Shown piece after piece: positions 49,135 to 59,239 of a stretch of 64,000 bases of DNA. Source of the stretch: Malacoraja senta. Taxonomy: Eukaryota. The stretch spans positions 12,092,001-12,156,000 of the forward strand of contig CM075992.1 in the NCBI GenBank assembly GCA_038087875.1, written 5' to 3'. The translations under genes and the position numbers were made by a program. The notes below the pieces were generated by a model. The model did not search any database and was not told the origin of the DNA. It saw only the letters and a program-made list of their open reading frames with translations. The stretch's first letter is position 1, and each line of letters opens with the position of its first letter.

Positions 49135-52100
49135 GTAAGTTAGAAAACTGCAGATTTTTTTGCAGACATTGCACTCAGAGCACATTGAGTTTCTGTGACA
49201 GGAATAAACATGGTTGCCGGAGGAGGCCATTCGACCCCTTGCACCTATTCTAACATTCAGTTGGACCTTGACCAACCTACAACCTCAGGACCATTTTTTT
49301 GCACTGACCCTATTTTCCCCATATCCTTGATATCCATCTCTGTCTGAAAACACTCAGCGACTGAGCCTGCAAAACCCACTTGGGGAGAGGATTGCAAAGG
49401 TTCTCCACCCACTAAGTGAAGATATTTCTTCCCATCTCCACATGCAGCATGGGAACAGGCCCTTCATCCCATGAGGTCAACCATCAAGCACCCATTTATC
49501 CCAATCCTACACTGATCCCTCTTTCTCTTCCCAAAATTTCCATCAACTGCTCCAGATCCCCAAGTCCCATTCCTGTATTGTACTGTTCCATGTTCTATGC
49601 TATCATTCATGGGATAATTTACAGCTACCTATCAACCTACACGTGTTTGGGATGTTGATGGAGACTGCAGCACCCAAAGGGGATTTGCGTGGATTTAGGT
49701 GGAACGTGTAAACTCCACATAGGCATCACCCAAAGTCAGGATCAAACCCAGGTCCCTGGAACTGAGGCAACAGTTTCATTAACCACTCTAATTATGATCC
49801 CCGATTGCCAGGGGAAATACTATCCTTGCATCTATTCTATCCCCATAGGAATTTCATATATTTTACTGGGATTTCATCCAACTCTTCTCAACTCTGGATA
49901 GCAGAGGCCCAGTCTGCTGGTCTCGCTCCAGGCATCGAACTGGTGAACGTTCATTTCATTCAGTATGTCAGAGGTGTTCTCTTCCTTGGATAGGGAAACC
50001 CGGCTGATGCACCCACGTATATGTGTCTTAGAGTGCAGCACAGAAATGGGACCTTTGGCCCACCATCAAAGGAAACCAAAATCAGTCATGGTTCCTGAGG
50101 AATACGAAGAAATCAGGAAAATACTTAAACAAGAAATTAGGAGGAGTAAAAGGAGCTTGGCAAATAAGGTCGAGGAGAGTTCCCAGGCATTTTGTATGTA
50201 AGGAGAAAGGGTTACTTGGTAAACGGTAGGTCCACTCCAGGACAAAGGTGGGAATTGATGCCTGAAGCCAGAGAAATGGACAAGGTCCTTAATGTGTACT
50301 TAACATTAGCATTCCCCAAGAGGAAGGGCATGGATGATGTTGAGATTCAGGAGGGTTGTGTTGATATTAGAGTCAGAGTGTCATACAGCAAAGTAACAGG
50401 CCCTTCGGCCCAACTACCCCATGCCAACCCAGATGCCCCATCTACACTGGTCCAACCTGTCCATGTTTGGCACATCTCTCCTGTCCATGTACCTGTCCAA
50501 ATGTCTTTTACATTTTATTACAGTACCTGTCTCAACTATCCACTCTTTCAGGCCGTTGTATGTAACCACCACCCTCTCTGTGAAAAGTCCCCTCAGGTTC
50601 CTATCTTTCCCCTCTCACCTTAAACAAATGTTGCCTGGTTCTTGATTCTCGTACTCTAGATAAACTCTAGATATGCTTTCACCTTACCTATTCCCCTCAT
50701 GATGTCATACACCTCCACATGATCACCCCTCTACCTACTGAGTTTCACGGAATAAAGATCTAGCCTGCTCAACCATTCCCTACAGCTCAGGGCCTCGAGT
50801 GCCAACATCTCACCACACAGGTGAGGTGCCGCAAGGCTGAAGGGTGTGTCTCTATTTAAGAAGGGCTCGAAGGAAGAGAGTATTCTGAGGGATAGGATAT
50901 ATATGCATTAGACAGGGGCTAATCAGGGCTAGTCTGCATGGTTAGGTACATGGAAGAGTGTGACTTACCAATCTAATTAAATTTTGAAGTAATCAAAGAG
51001 GCTGAAAAGGGCAAAGCCACAGACATTGTCTACATTGGCTTCAGCAAGAGATTTGATGAGGTTCCGCATAGTAGGCTGCACTGGATCATTAGATCATATG
51101 TGATCCAGGGAGAGCCAACTGACTGGATAGAGAATTAGCTTTGTGAAAGGAAGCAGAGGGTGATGGTGGAAGGTTCTCATTCAGAATGGAGGTCTGTGAC
51201 TAGTGATATGCCAGGGAATTGTGAAGGCATGATGAGTAAGTTTGTAGATGACACTAAACTGGGTGATATAATAGATAGCGAAGATGTTTATTAAAAAAAT
51301 GCAATGGTACAAGACATTGGTACAAGACACTTAGAGTATTGTGTTCAGTTTTGGTCACCTGTTCCCACAAAAGATCTCCTTTATATTCAGCGTGTGGTGG
51401 GTGCCTGGTACTTTGTGCAGGGGAGGTGGTGGAAGCAGATGTGATAGCATGTTTAATGGGCATTGAAACAAATACACGAGAAGATAGGGAATGGTGGGAT
51501 ACAGACCATGCACAGACAGATGGGAATGTTTATGTTTTCATCATGATCGGAGCAGACATGGTGGGATGAAGGTCTCTTTCAGTGATGTACTGTTCTTTGT
51601 TCAATGTTTTATGTCTGTACCAACCTATGTATCCATCTACAATACAAGAATGCCATTTGCCTGCATTAGTGCTGTATCCATCTAGGCCGTGCCTATTTAT
51701 TTACTACAAACAAAGGTCCCAGCACCTATCCCTATGGTGCAACACTTTATACACACCCAGTCAGAAACACCTCATTCACCATTACCCTCTGCATCCTCTC
51801 ACCAAGCTCATTGGGGCTCCAGTTTATACCCCAGACAGAGTCAGAGTCAAAGGTTGAAACAGTGTGGAATCAGGCCCTTCAGCCCAACTCCCCTACACCA
51901 GCCAACAATGTCCCAGCTACAATAGACCCACTTGCCTGCGACCAATATACTGAAGTCTTCTGGATTCTATGTACCTTAATCTTCTGGATCAGCCCACATG
52001 TGGGGCTTTGTCAAATGTCTTGCTGAAGTCCATATGGGCAACATCTTCTGCCCTCCTTCATCAATCTCTGTAGCCTCCTCGAAAAACTCCATCACAATTT

Positions 52101-52329
52101 CCCCACACAAATACATGCTGACCAAACCTAACCATTCCTGCCTTTCCAAACATTTTCTGTCCCTCAGAACTCCCTCCAATATGTTCCCAACCACTGACAC
52201 AAGGTTCACTCACCTGTACTTATCTGGCTTACCCCTTCTGCCTTAAAACAAAATCTTCTTGCGGTCAAAGTAACATAGTTTGCCTTCCTGACTGCCCCCT
52301 GCACCAGCACATTAACTTCCAGTGGTTTG

Positions 52330-53270
52330 TCTAGAAACATAGAAAATAGGTGCAGGAGTAGGCCATTCAGCCCTTCAAGCCAGCACTGCCATTCAATATG
52401 AGCATGGCTGGTCATCCAGAATCAGTACCCCTTCCCTGCTTTCTCCCCATATCCCTTCATTCCATTAGCTCTAAGACCTATATCCAACTCTCTCTTGAAT
52501 ACATCCAGTGAATTGGCCTCCACTGACATTTGTAGCAGAGAATGCCATGAATTCACAATTTTGTGGATGAAAAAGTCTTTCCTCATCTCAGTCCTAAATG
52601 GCCTACCTCCTTTTCTTACACTGTGACCACTGGTTCTGGACTCCCCAAGCATTGGGAACATTTTTTCCTGGATCTAGCCTGTCCAATCCCTTAAGAATTT
52701 TATATAAGATACCCTCTCATCCTTCTAAATTACAGTGAATATAAGCCCAGTCGATCCAATCTTTCATCATTTGTCAGTCCCGCCATCCTGGGAATTAACC
52801 TGGTGAACCTACACTGCACTCCCTCTATAGAATGTCCTTCCTCAAATTAGGAGGCCAAAACTGCACACGATACACCATGGCCCTGTATAACTGCTGTAGA
52901 ACCAACTTGCTCCTATACTCAAATCTGCTCGCTATGAAGGCCAACATGCCATTTGCTTTCTTCACTGCCTGCTGTACCTGCATGCTTACTTTCAGTGACT
53001 GATGTGCAGGGACACCCAGGTCTCGTTGCACCTCCCCTTCTCCTAATCTGACACCATTCAGATAATCTGCCTTCTTGTTTTTTCCAACAAAGAGGATAAC
53101 CTCACATTTATCCACATTATACTGCATCTGCCCACTCACCCAACCTATCCAAGTCACCCTGCAGCCTCATAGCATCCCCCTCGCAGGTCACACTGCTACC
53201 GAGATTTGTGTCATCCACAAACTTGGAGATGTTACATTTAATTCCTTTGTCTAAATCGTTAATATATATT
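52330..53270 (-). mobile_element. CR1 LINE 3' part
   Basis: QYNVDKCEV, QQAVKKAN, RKDFF motifs; (TTTCTATG) tail at about 52332. Confidence 0.9.
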
Positions 53271-53529
53271 GTATATTGTAAATATAGTCTATCAGGGATG
53301 GAGCAAGAGCTTTCACCAACAGCCCCAACTTGTTCTCAAGGAGGTCACACGTGGCCTCTCTCCGGCTCAGGTGGAGGTGAGTTGGGGTGGGATAGATAGA
53401 TTGAGAGGCAGATATGAGGGGTGCAGTGGAGATGGATGGGGTAAGGTCACTGAACAATCATCAAGGCAAAGAATATAGCTACAAATAATAAAGCCCTTCC
53501 CCAGCCACAACTCCCTGCAGCACAAGAAC

Positions 53530-53765
53530 AAAGACCAGAAGGCTCGAGGACCCCGACCGCAGGAGAACAAAGAAGAGAAGAGATTGAACTTTGTTTTTGC
53601 CTTCCATCACAGTGAGGAATGTGGAGGAGTCACTGTGGTGGATGTTTATGTTAAAATGTATTTTGTGTGTCTCGGTGCTTTTTATTGGTCTGACTGTATG
53701 GTAAATCAAATTGCTTGTATGTTGCAAAACATACTTGGCTAATAAAGTCTGATAATGATTATGAA
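53530..53765 (+). mobile_element. 5'-truncated non-autonomous retroelement with Rex-like tail
   Basis: Same gccttccatcacagtgagg...tcactgtggtggatg hairpin as 16177-16224; tail aaattgcttgtatg..catacttggctAATAAA. Confidence 0.75.
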
Positions 53766-53804
53766 GCCCAACAGTGTCAAGCTGGGTCCACACAGAATTG
53801 TGTG

Positions 53805-54960
53805 TAAGTAAGTAAGTTTATTGGCCAAGTATTCACTTACAAGGAATTTGCCTTGGTGCTCCGCCCACAAGTTACAACATGACATACATGACAGTTACGA
53901 ATGACTCAGAAAACACTAAACATTAATAATAATAAAACATTAATGATAAAACACCATTGATCAAGCTGTGAACCAACAAAATACCAGATCAAAGGGAGGC
54001 TACAGATTTTTGGCTGTTGAGTAGAGCAACTACTCGTGGATAAAAACAGTTTTTATGTCTGGCTGTGGCAGCTTTGACAGTCCAGAGTCGCCTTCCCGAG
54101 GGAATTGATTCAAAGAGTTTGTGTCCAGGTTGAGAGGGGTCAGAGATGATCTTGCCCGCTTGCTTCCTGGCCCTTGCAGTGTGCAGTTCATTTATGGAGG
54201 GAAGGTTGCAGCCAAAAATCTTCTCTGCTGATCGGACGATTCGCTGCAGCCTCCAGGTGTCATGCTTGGTGGCTGAGCCAAACCAGACCATGATGGAGAA
54301 AGTGAGAACAGACTCTATGAAGGCCGTGTAGAATTGAACCATCATTGCCTGTGGCAGATTGTGCTCCCTCAGCTGCCGCTGGAAGTACATCCTCTGTTGT
54401 GCCTTTTTGACTGTGGAGTCGATGGTAGCCCCCCACTTAAGGTCCTTGGAGATGATGGTTCGCAGGAACTTAAAAGACTCCACAGATGTGCCTGTGGTGT
54501 TGTTGATGGTGAGTGGGGTGAGGGGAGGGGGTGCTCTCCTAAAGTCTACAATCACTTCCACTGTCTTAAGAGCATTGAGCTCTAGGTTGTTGCGACGGCA
54601 CCAGGACACCAGCTGTGACACTTCCTGTCTGTAGGCAGATTCCTCCCCATCCTGGATTAGTCCAATCAGGGTTTGTGTCGTCCCGCAAACTTGAGAAGCT
54701 TGACAGAGGTGTCTGTGGAGGTGCAGTCATTGGTGTAGAGAGAGTAGAGGAGAGGAGAGAGTACGCAGCCTTGCGGTGCTCCTATGCTGAGTGTTTGCGG
54801 GTCCGAGATGTGCTTTCCCAGCCTCACATGCTGCTTCCTGTCTGTCAGGAAGTTGGTGATCCACTTACAAAGGGGTTCAGGCACAGTCAACTCAGAAGGT
54901 TTGAAGTGTAGTAGCTCTGGCACAATGGTGTTGAATGCAGAGCTAAAATCAACAAACAGA
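53805..54960 (-). mobile_element. Rex1/Babar LINE 3' part
   Basis: IGAPQGCVLSPLLYSLYTNDC, KFA, LELNALKT, KKAQQRMYF motifs; tail aaattccttgtaagtgaatacttggccAATAAA(CTTA)n. Confidence 0.92.
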
Positions 54961-55152
54961 AGTAAGGTAGCAATGTACCCATGACGGGAGTAGTCAATTC
55001 CTGCCGAGCCTCACACGTGGCAGGGAGGCTGTCTGAGCAGTAATGTTACTGGTGTGGGAACATACCTGTACACGTGTGTGTTGCATGTGTGTTCAAAGTG
55101 TAAACATTTTACAGTGTCATTTGGAAACAACATTTTTTTACTCTTTCCCCAG

Positions 55153-55212
55153 TTGTTGGTTGGATCTAAAGTCGGGATTTCTCTGGGCTTTCCTGGCTGT
55201 GTGATTATTCTG
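55153..55212 (+). pseudogene. ADGRE-like exon, ECL2/TM5, frameshifted
   Basis: ctctttccccag acceptor, gtaagt donor; reads (Y)CWLDLKSGFLWAFL then CVIIL in another frame; conserved GPV is missing (60 nt instead of 67), giving TGA at 55202-55204. Confidence 0.88.
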
Positions 55213-55611
55213 GTAAGTTTGGAAAAATATGAAACAGAGAATGTCTGTTTAATTCAGGAAAATGTGAGCTGATGCGTTTCGGAACCACTAATGAGGATAG
55301 GACATCAACCATGAATGGCAGGTCGGAGGAACAGAGGGGCCTTGGAGCACGGCACAGATCTGGTAAGGTGACAGCGACTGAACTTGCTGTCAGGTTAACC
55401 TGTACTGTAATCTTGGGTATTAATATTTAGCAGTATCGGATTGGATGAAAGTTCTCCAAAGAGCATTGGTAAAGATTATGTCTTTATCACTGGTTTTTGT
55501 GATAAATCTTTAGACTGTCCATAAATATTTGTAGATTCACAATTCATATGAGAAGATTTGAAGTCATCCACTCAGGGCTGATGGAACACCACGGTAATAT
55601 CTACATCAAAT

Positions 55612-56482
55612 GTTCAAAGGTTTCAAAGGTTCATTTATTGTCACATGCAACTACTTGGTGCAGTGAAATTCAAGTTGCCATTGCAGCACATTAATAAGAA
55701 TACCACATAACATTATAAAGGAATTTAACAATAAACATAAAAACATCCCCCCACAAAGGTTTCCACGGTGAGGGAAGGCACAAAATCCAATCCCCATCCC
55801 CTTGTCCATCCATAGTCGGGCCTATTGAGGCCTCCGCAGTTGCCACTACGCCGGCCCAATATTTCAGGCCCTTCTCGCCGGGTGATGGTGCTCCAGCGTC
55901 AGGAGAACCCACTCAGCGGCTTGGGACACCTGGAACGGCCGCTACCTTACCGGAGACCGTGGCTTCTGAAGCCGTCAGGCCGCGCTGGACGGAGCTCCAC
56001 CACTGGCGATCTCGCCGAGAGATCCCAGGCTCCCGATGTTAAAGTCAGCGCCGCCACCCGCGGCTGGCCGCTCCACTGCACTGACCCGCAGCTCCACCGA
56101 TGTTCACCTGCGGTCTCAGCATTTCGGAGCTCCAGCGCGGCGACCCGGGCAAGGCAATGCCCGCTCCGCTCCGCGATAGCGCTCCAGCGCTGTGCCGCCA
56201 CCAAAGCCGTGGTTCTGGCCGGTCCCCTCAGGAAACGCCGCTCCAGACCCGTTGGTAGTCCGCGAGGACGGGTCGAAGATTCTGCCCGGAGGAAAAGCCG
56301 CCTCTCCGACCAGGTAGAGACTAGGAAAAGCAGTTTCCCCTTCCCCCCCCCCACCCCCAACATAAAAAAAAAGTATAGACCTCCAAACAAAACACTTTTT
56401 AACACACTAAAAATAAATGAAAGAAGTGAAAAGACAGACAGCTGCAGGCTGGGCAGCCATACCCAACTGGGTGGTGCCCCCG
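55612..56482 (-). mobile_element. GC-rich non-autonomous retroelement with Rex-like tail, apparently full length
   Basis: Head atggctgcc..cagctgtctgtc, T-rich and G run, GC body homologous to 17790-18460; tail aatttcactgcacc..tgcatgtgacAATAAA(tgaaccttt)n. Confidence 0.8.
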
Positions 56483-56747
56483 CTGCACAATCCCCATAAT
56501 CACTGTCTTTTTGCCCACCTACTGACTTGCGGGCGGAGAGGCATCCACTGCGGACGATCTCCGCAGAGGCACAGATGTGGCACAGGCTGTGGCAAAGCGA
56601 TGGCAGAATGTCGTCTGACACACTAGCGAACAAACTGTCTTTTTAAAAATGATTGTTGAGGATCAATGTAGAGGCAAACATGTCCAAATGTAACTATTTA
56701 TGCACTGCTAGATGTTTCTATGAAATGGAAATGAATTAAAGATAACA

Positions 56748-57338
56748 TCTGCTGCAGTTGTATAGGGCCCTAGTGAGACCACACCTGGAGTATTGTGTGC
56801 AGTTTTGGTCCCCTAATTTGAGGAAGGACATTCTTGCTATTGAGGGAGTGCAGCGTAGGTTCAAAAGGTTAATTCCCGGGATGGCGGGACTGTCATGTGC
56901 TGAGAGAATGGAGCGGTTGGGTTTGTATAATCTGGAGTTTAGAAGGATGAGAGGGTTTCTTATTGGAACATATAAGATTATTAAGGGTTTGAACACGCTA
57001 GAGGAAAGGAAACATGTTCCTGATGTTGGGGTAGTCCAGAACCAGGGGCCACCATTTAAGAATAAGGGGTAAGCCATTTAGAATGGAGACGAGGAAACAC
57101 TTTTTCTCACAGAGAGTTGTGAGTCTGTGGAATTCTCTGCCTCAGAGGGCAGTGGAGGCCGGTTCTCTGGATACTTTCAAGAGAGAGCTAGACAGGGCTC
57201 TTAAAGATAGCGGAGTCAGGGGATATTGGAAGAAGGCAGGAACGGGGTACTGATTGGGGATGATCAGCCATGATCACATTGAATGGCTGGCTCGAAGGGC
57301 CGAATGGCCTATTCCTACACCTATTGTCTATTGTCTAT
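56748..57338 (+). mobile_element. CR1 LINE 3' part
   Basis: YRALVRPHLEYCVQFWSP motif, (TATTGTC)n tail. Confidence 0.92.
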
Positions 57339-57409
57339 TATCAAGAAAATATTATTTCAATAAACCACTGTCTTAATCGGAATAATGTGGCTTTTTCTTT
57401 TCTTGGAAG

Positions 57410-57499
57410 GTCAATGGAGGATTTTTTATTATCACTGTGTTGAAACTGGCTGAAAAGTTTTCAAGTATCAATCCTGATCTGGGCCAGTAGAAGAAAATT
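57410..57499 (+). pseudogene. ADGRE-like exon, TM5 end/ICL3, with in-frame stop and no donor
   Basis: ttttcttttcttggaag acceptor; VNGGFFIITVLKLAEKFSSINPDLGQ*KKI (TAG 57488-57490); DIRS terminal sequence starts at 57500. Confidence 0.87.
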
Positions 57500-58552
57500 G
57501 AAAGATTAAACGAGAACTTACCATTTGAAGTTTGATCTTAATTTTATGAGAAGTTGAAGTGAAGGATTATGTGAAGAGCCCGCCAGCCCGCATGCGCGGC
57601 AATCTGCAAAGTAGCTGCATGAAACCACAAAATAGTTGCTGACCTAAGCTATTAGAAGATTAAAGAGCTAGAACTACCGAATGATCTTTATGAGAATAGG
57701 GTTGGGAGTGGAGGGCACGTAATCTCTCACTTCAACTTCTCATAAAATAAAGATCAAACTTCAAACGGTAAGTTCTCGTTTAATCTTTCTAATTTATTTC
57801 GAGGTCACGTGAGTGACTACGTGAAGATTTTGAAGCTCTGTGGTTTCATGCAGTGACACAATCTGTGTGAAACACTAAAACAGATAAACCATTAATGGTA
57901 GGAAAAAACATGCGTTATTAATATCATGATGCTAAAGGCTCTGTCCCACGGGTTTGCGGTCGTTGGCGGTGAAGCGCGGCATCGGCGGAAGAGGGGACCG
58001 CACGGCAACCACGAGAGCGCCGCACGGATGCTGCGCGGGGGACCAAGTACGGCCGGTTCAACGAGCTTGCGGTTTCGGCTGATGACGTCTTTCGGATCGC
58101 GGGGCTGTGGCGGCGGCCGTGCCGCACACGTGCCTCACTGGCAGAGGCTGTGGCGGTGCAGGTTCGACTCACGGCGCTCGTGCCTCACTGGCGGCGGCTG
58201 TGGCGGCGGCCGTGCCGCACTCGTGCCTCACTGGCGGCAGCTGTGCGGTAGGAACATATTTTTGGACGGTGTTGTTTTTTTTTTAGCACCGTTGGGAACA
58301 ACGCCGCACAGCCCCGGAATTGTGCGTTTGACCGAGCCCGCGGTCTCTGGCGGCCCAAGAGCGGTAGATAGTTCCTGTTTCACCGCCAATGACCGCAGAC
58401 TCGTGAGACGGGCCTTTTACTTGCACACATGGCCATTGTTCTAAACTGGACCGTAGTCCCAATAGACTGTTGAGTTAGACAATAACTGATGCAAAACTGT
58501 GCATAATACTATCTGCAAATATCCAGACATATTTCACCAAATTTTATAATTT
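57500..58552 (-). mobile_element. DIRS1-type element 3' end (right ITR + internal complementary region)
   Basis: 57500-57572 is inverted at 57716-57789 and followed by a copy of the DIRS 5' terminus (gtcacgtgagtgactacgtgaag 57804-57826), which is the ICR layout; possible YR C-terminus remnant (G.FADSI) near 58500-58530. Confidence 0.82.
57936..58416. mobile_element. PIF/Harbinger-like MITE
   Basis: About 38-bp imperfect TIRs (aggctctgtcccacgggtttgcggtcgttggcggtgaa), flanks TAA/TTA, internal GC-rich tandem repeats. Confidence 0.75.
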
Positions 58553-58553
58553 A

Positions 58554-59039
58554 CTAGACCAAGTGCAGACCCACTGAGTCTGTTCCCCCCCAATGCGCAG
58601 TGGGGACAGGGGGGGTGTGCTGTGGCTTCACATGCATACTAACTACCCCACACACACACATGGGGGGGAGGGGGTAGGGGGTGAGAGGGGTATAGGGGGA
58701 GAAGGGGTGGGCGAGGGGAGGCTGCTGGGTCCCGTTCCCTCAACGTGCCATTGCGGGGGGGTGGCTGCGGCTTTAAACGCACATTAACCACCTGCCATAG
58801 ACACAGGGTGGTGAGGGGGGGGTAGGGGAGATGGGAGGGGAGACGGGGAGAGGGAGAGGAGGGGGAAAGGGGAGAGAGGGGAAAGAGAGAGGAGGATGAG
58901 AGAGAGAGGGGGAGAGAGAGGGGGAGGGCAAGGAGGGGGCAAGAGAGTAGAGGGGAGAGAGGAGGTGAGGAAAGAGCAGGTGTGGAGAAAGGAGGGTGGA
59001 GAGTGGGGGGAAAGAGAGGGGAGGAAAGGGAGGGGGTAG
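58554..59039 (-). mobile_element. Helitron-like element 3' end, running into gap
   Basis: Minus strand: hairpin cagactc-agt-gggtctg, 8 nt, then CTAG followed by T; purine-rich low-complexity interior. Confidence 0.6.
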
Positions 59040-59239
59040 NNNNNNNNNNNNNNNNNNNNNNNNNNNNNNNNNNNNNNNNNNNNNNNNNNNNNNNNNNNNN
59101 NNNNNNNNNNNNNNNNNNNNNNNNNNNNNNNNNNNNNNNNNNNNNNNNNNNNNNNNNNNNNNNNNNNNNNNNNNNNNNNNNNNNNNNNNNNNNNNNNNNN
59201 NNNNNNNNNNNNNNNNNNNNNNNNNNNNNNNNNNNNNNN
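59040..59239. other. Assembly gap (200 N)
   Basis: Run of n. Confidence 1.

Larger units (their letters stand above)
7552..57499 (+). pseudogene. Adhesion GPCR, ADGRE (CD97/EMR)-like, multi-exon, apparently disabled; partial (5' exons and TM6-7 not seen in window)
   Basis: Five collinear + strand exons with ag/gt boundaries and compatible phases encoding GAIN and 7TM (secretin-like) segments; frameshift in exon 55153-55212, TAG at 57488-57490, DIRS element at last exon end. Confidence 0.8.

Noticed and set aside
55825..56633. 224-aa and 228-aa ORFs (also ORFs at 17854-18447 and 57926-58444)
   Set aside because: Stop-poor GC-rich repeat sequence; frames are not conserved between homologous copies
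34020..58552. The two DIRS pieces as halves of one inverted element
   Set aside because: Their ITR sequences differ noticeably and the host exons between them remain collinear
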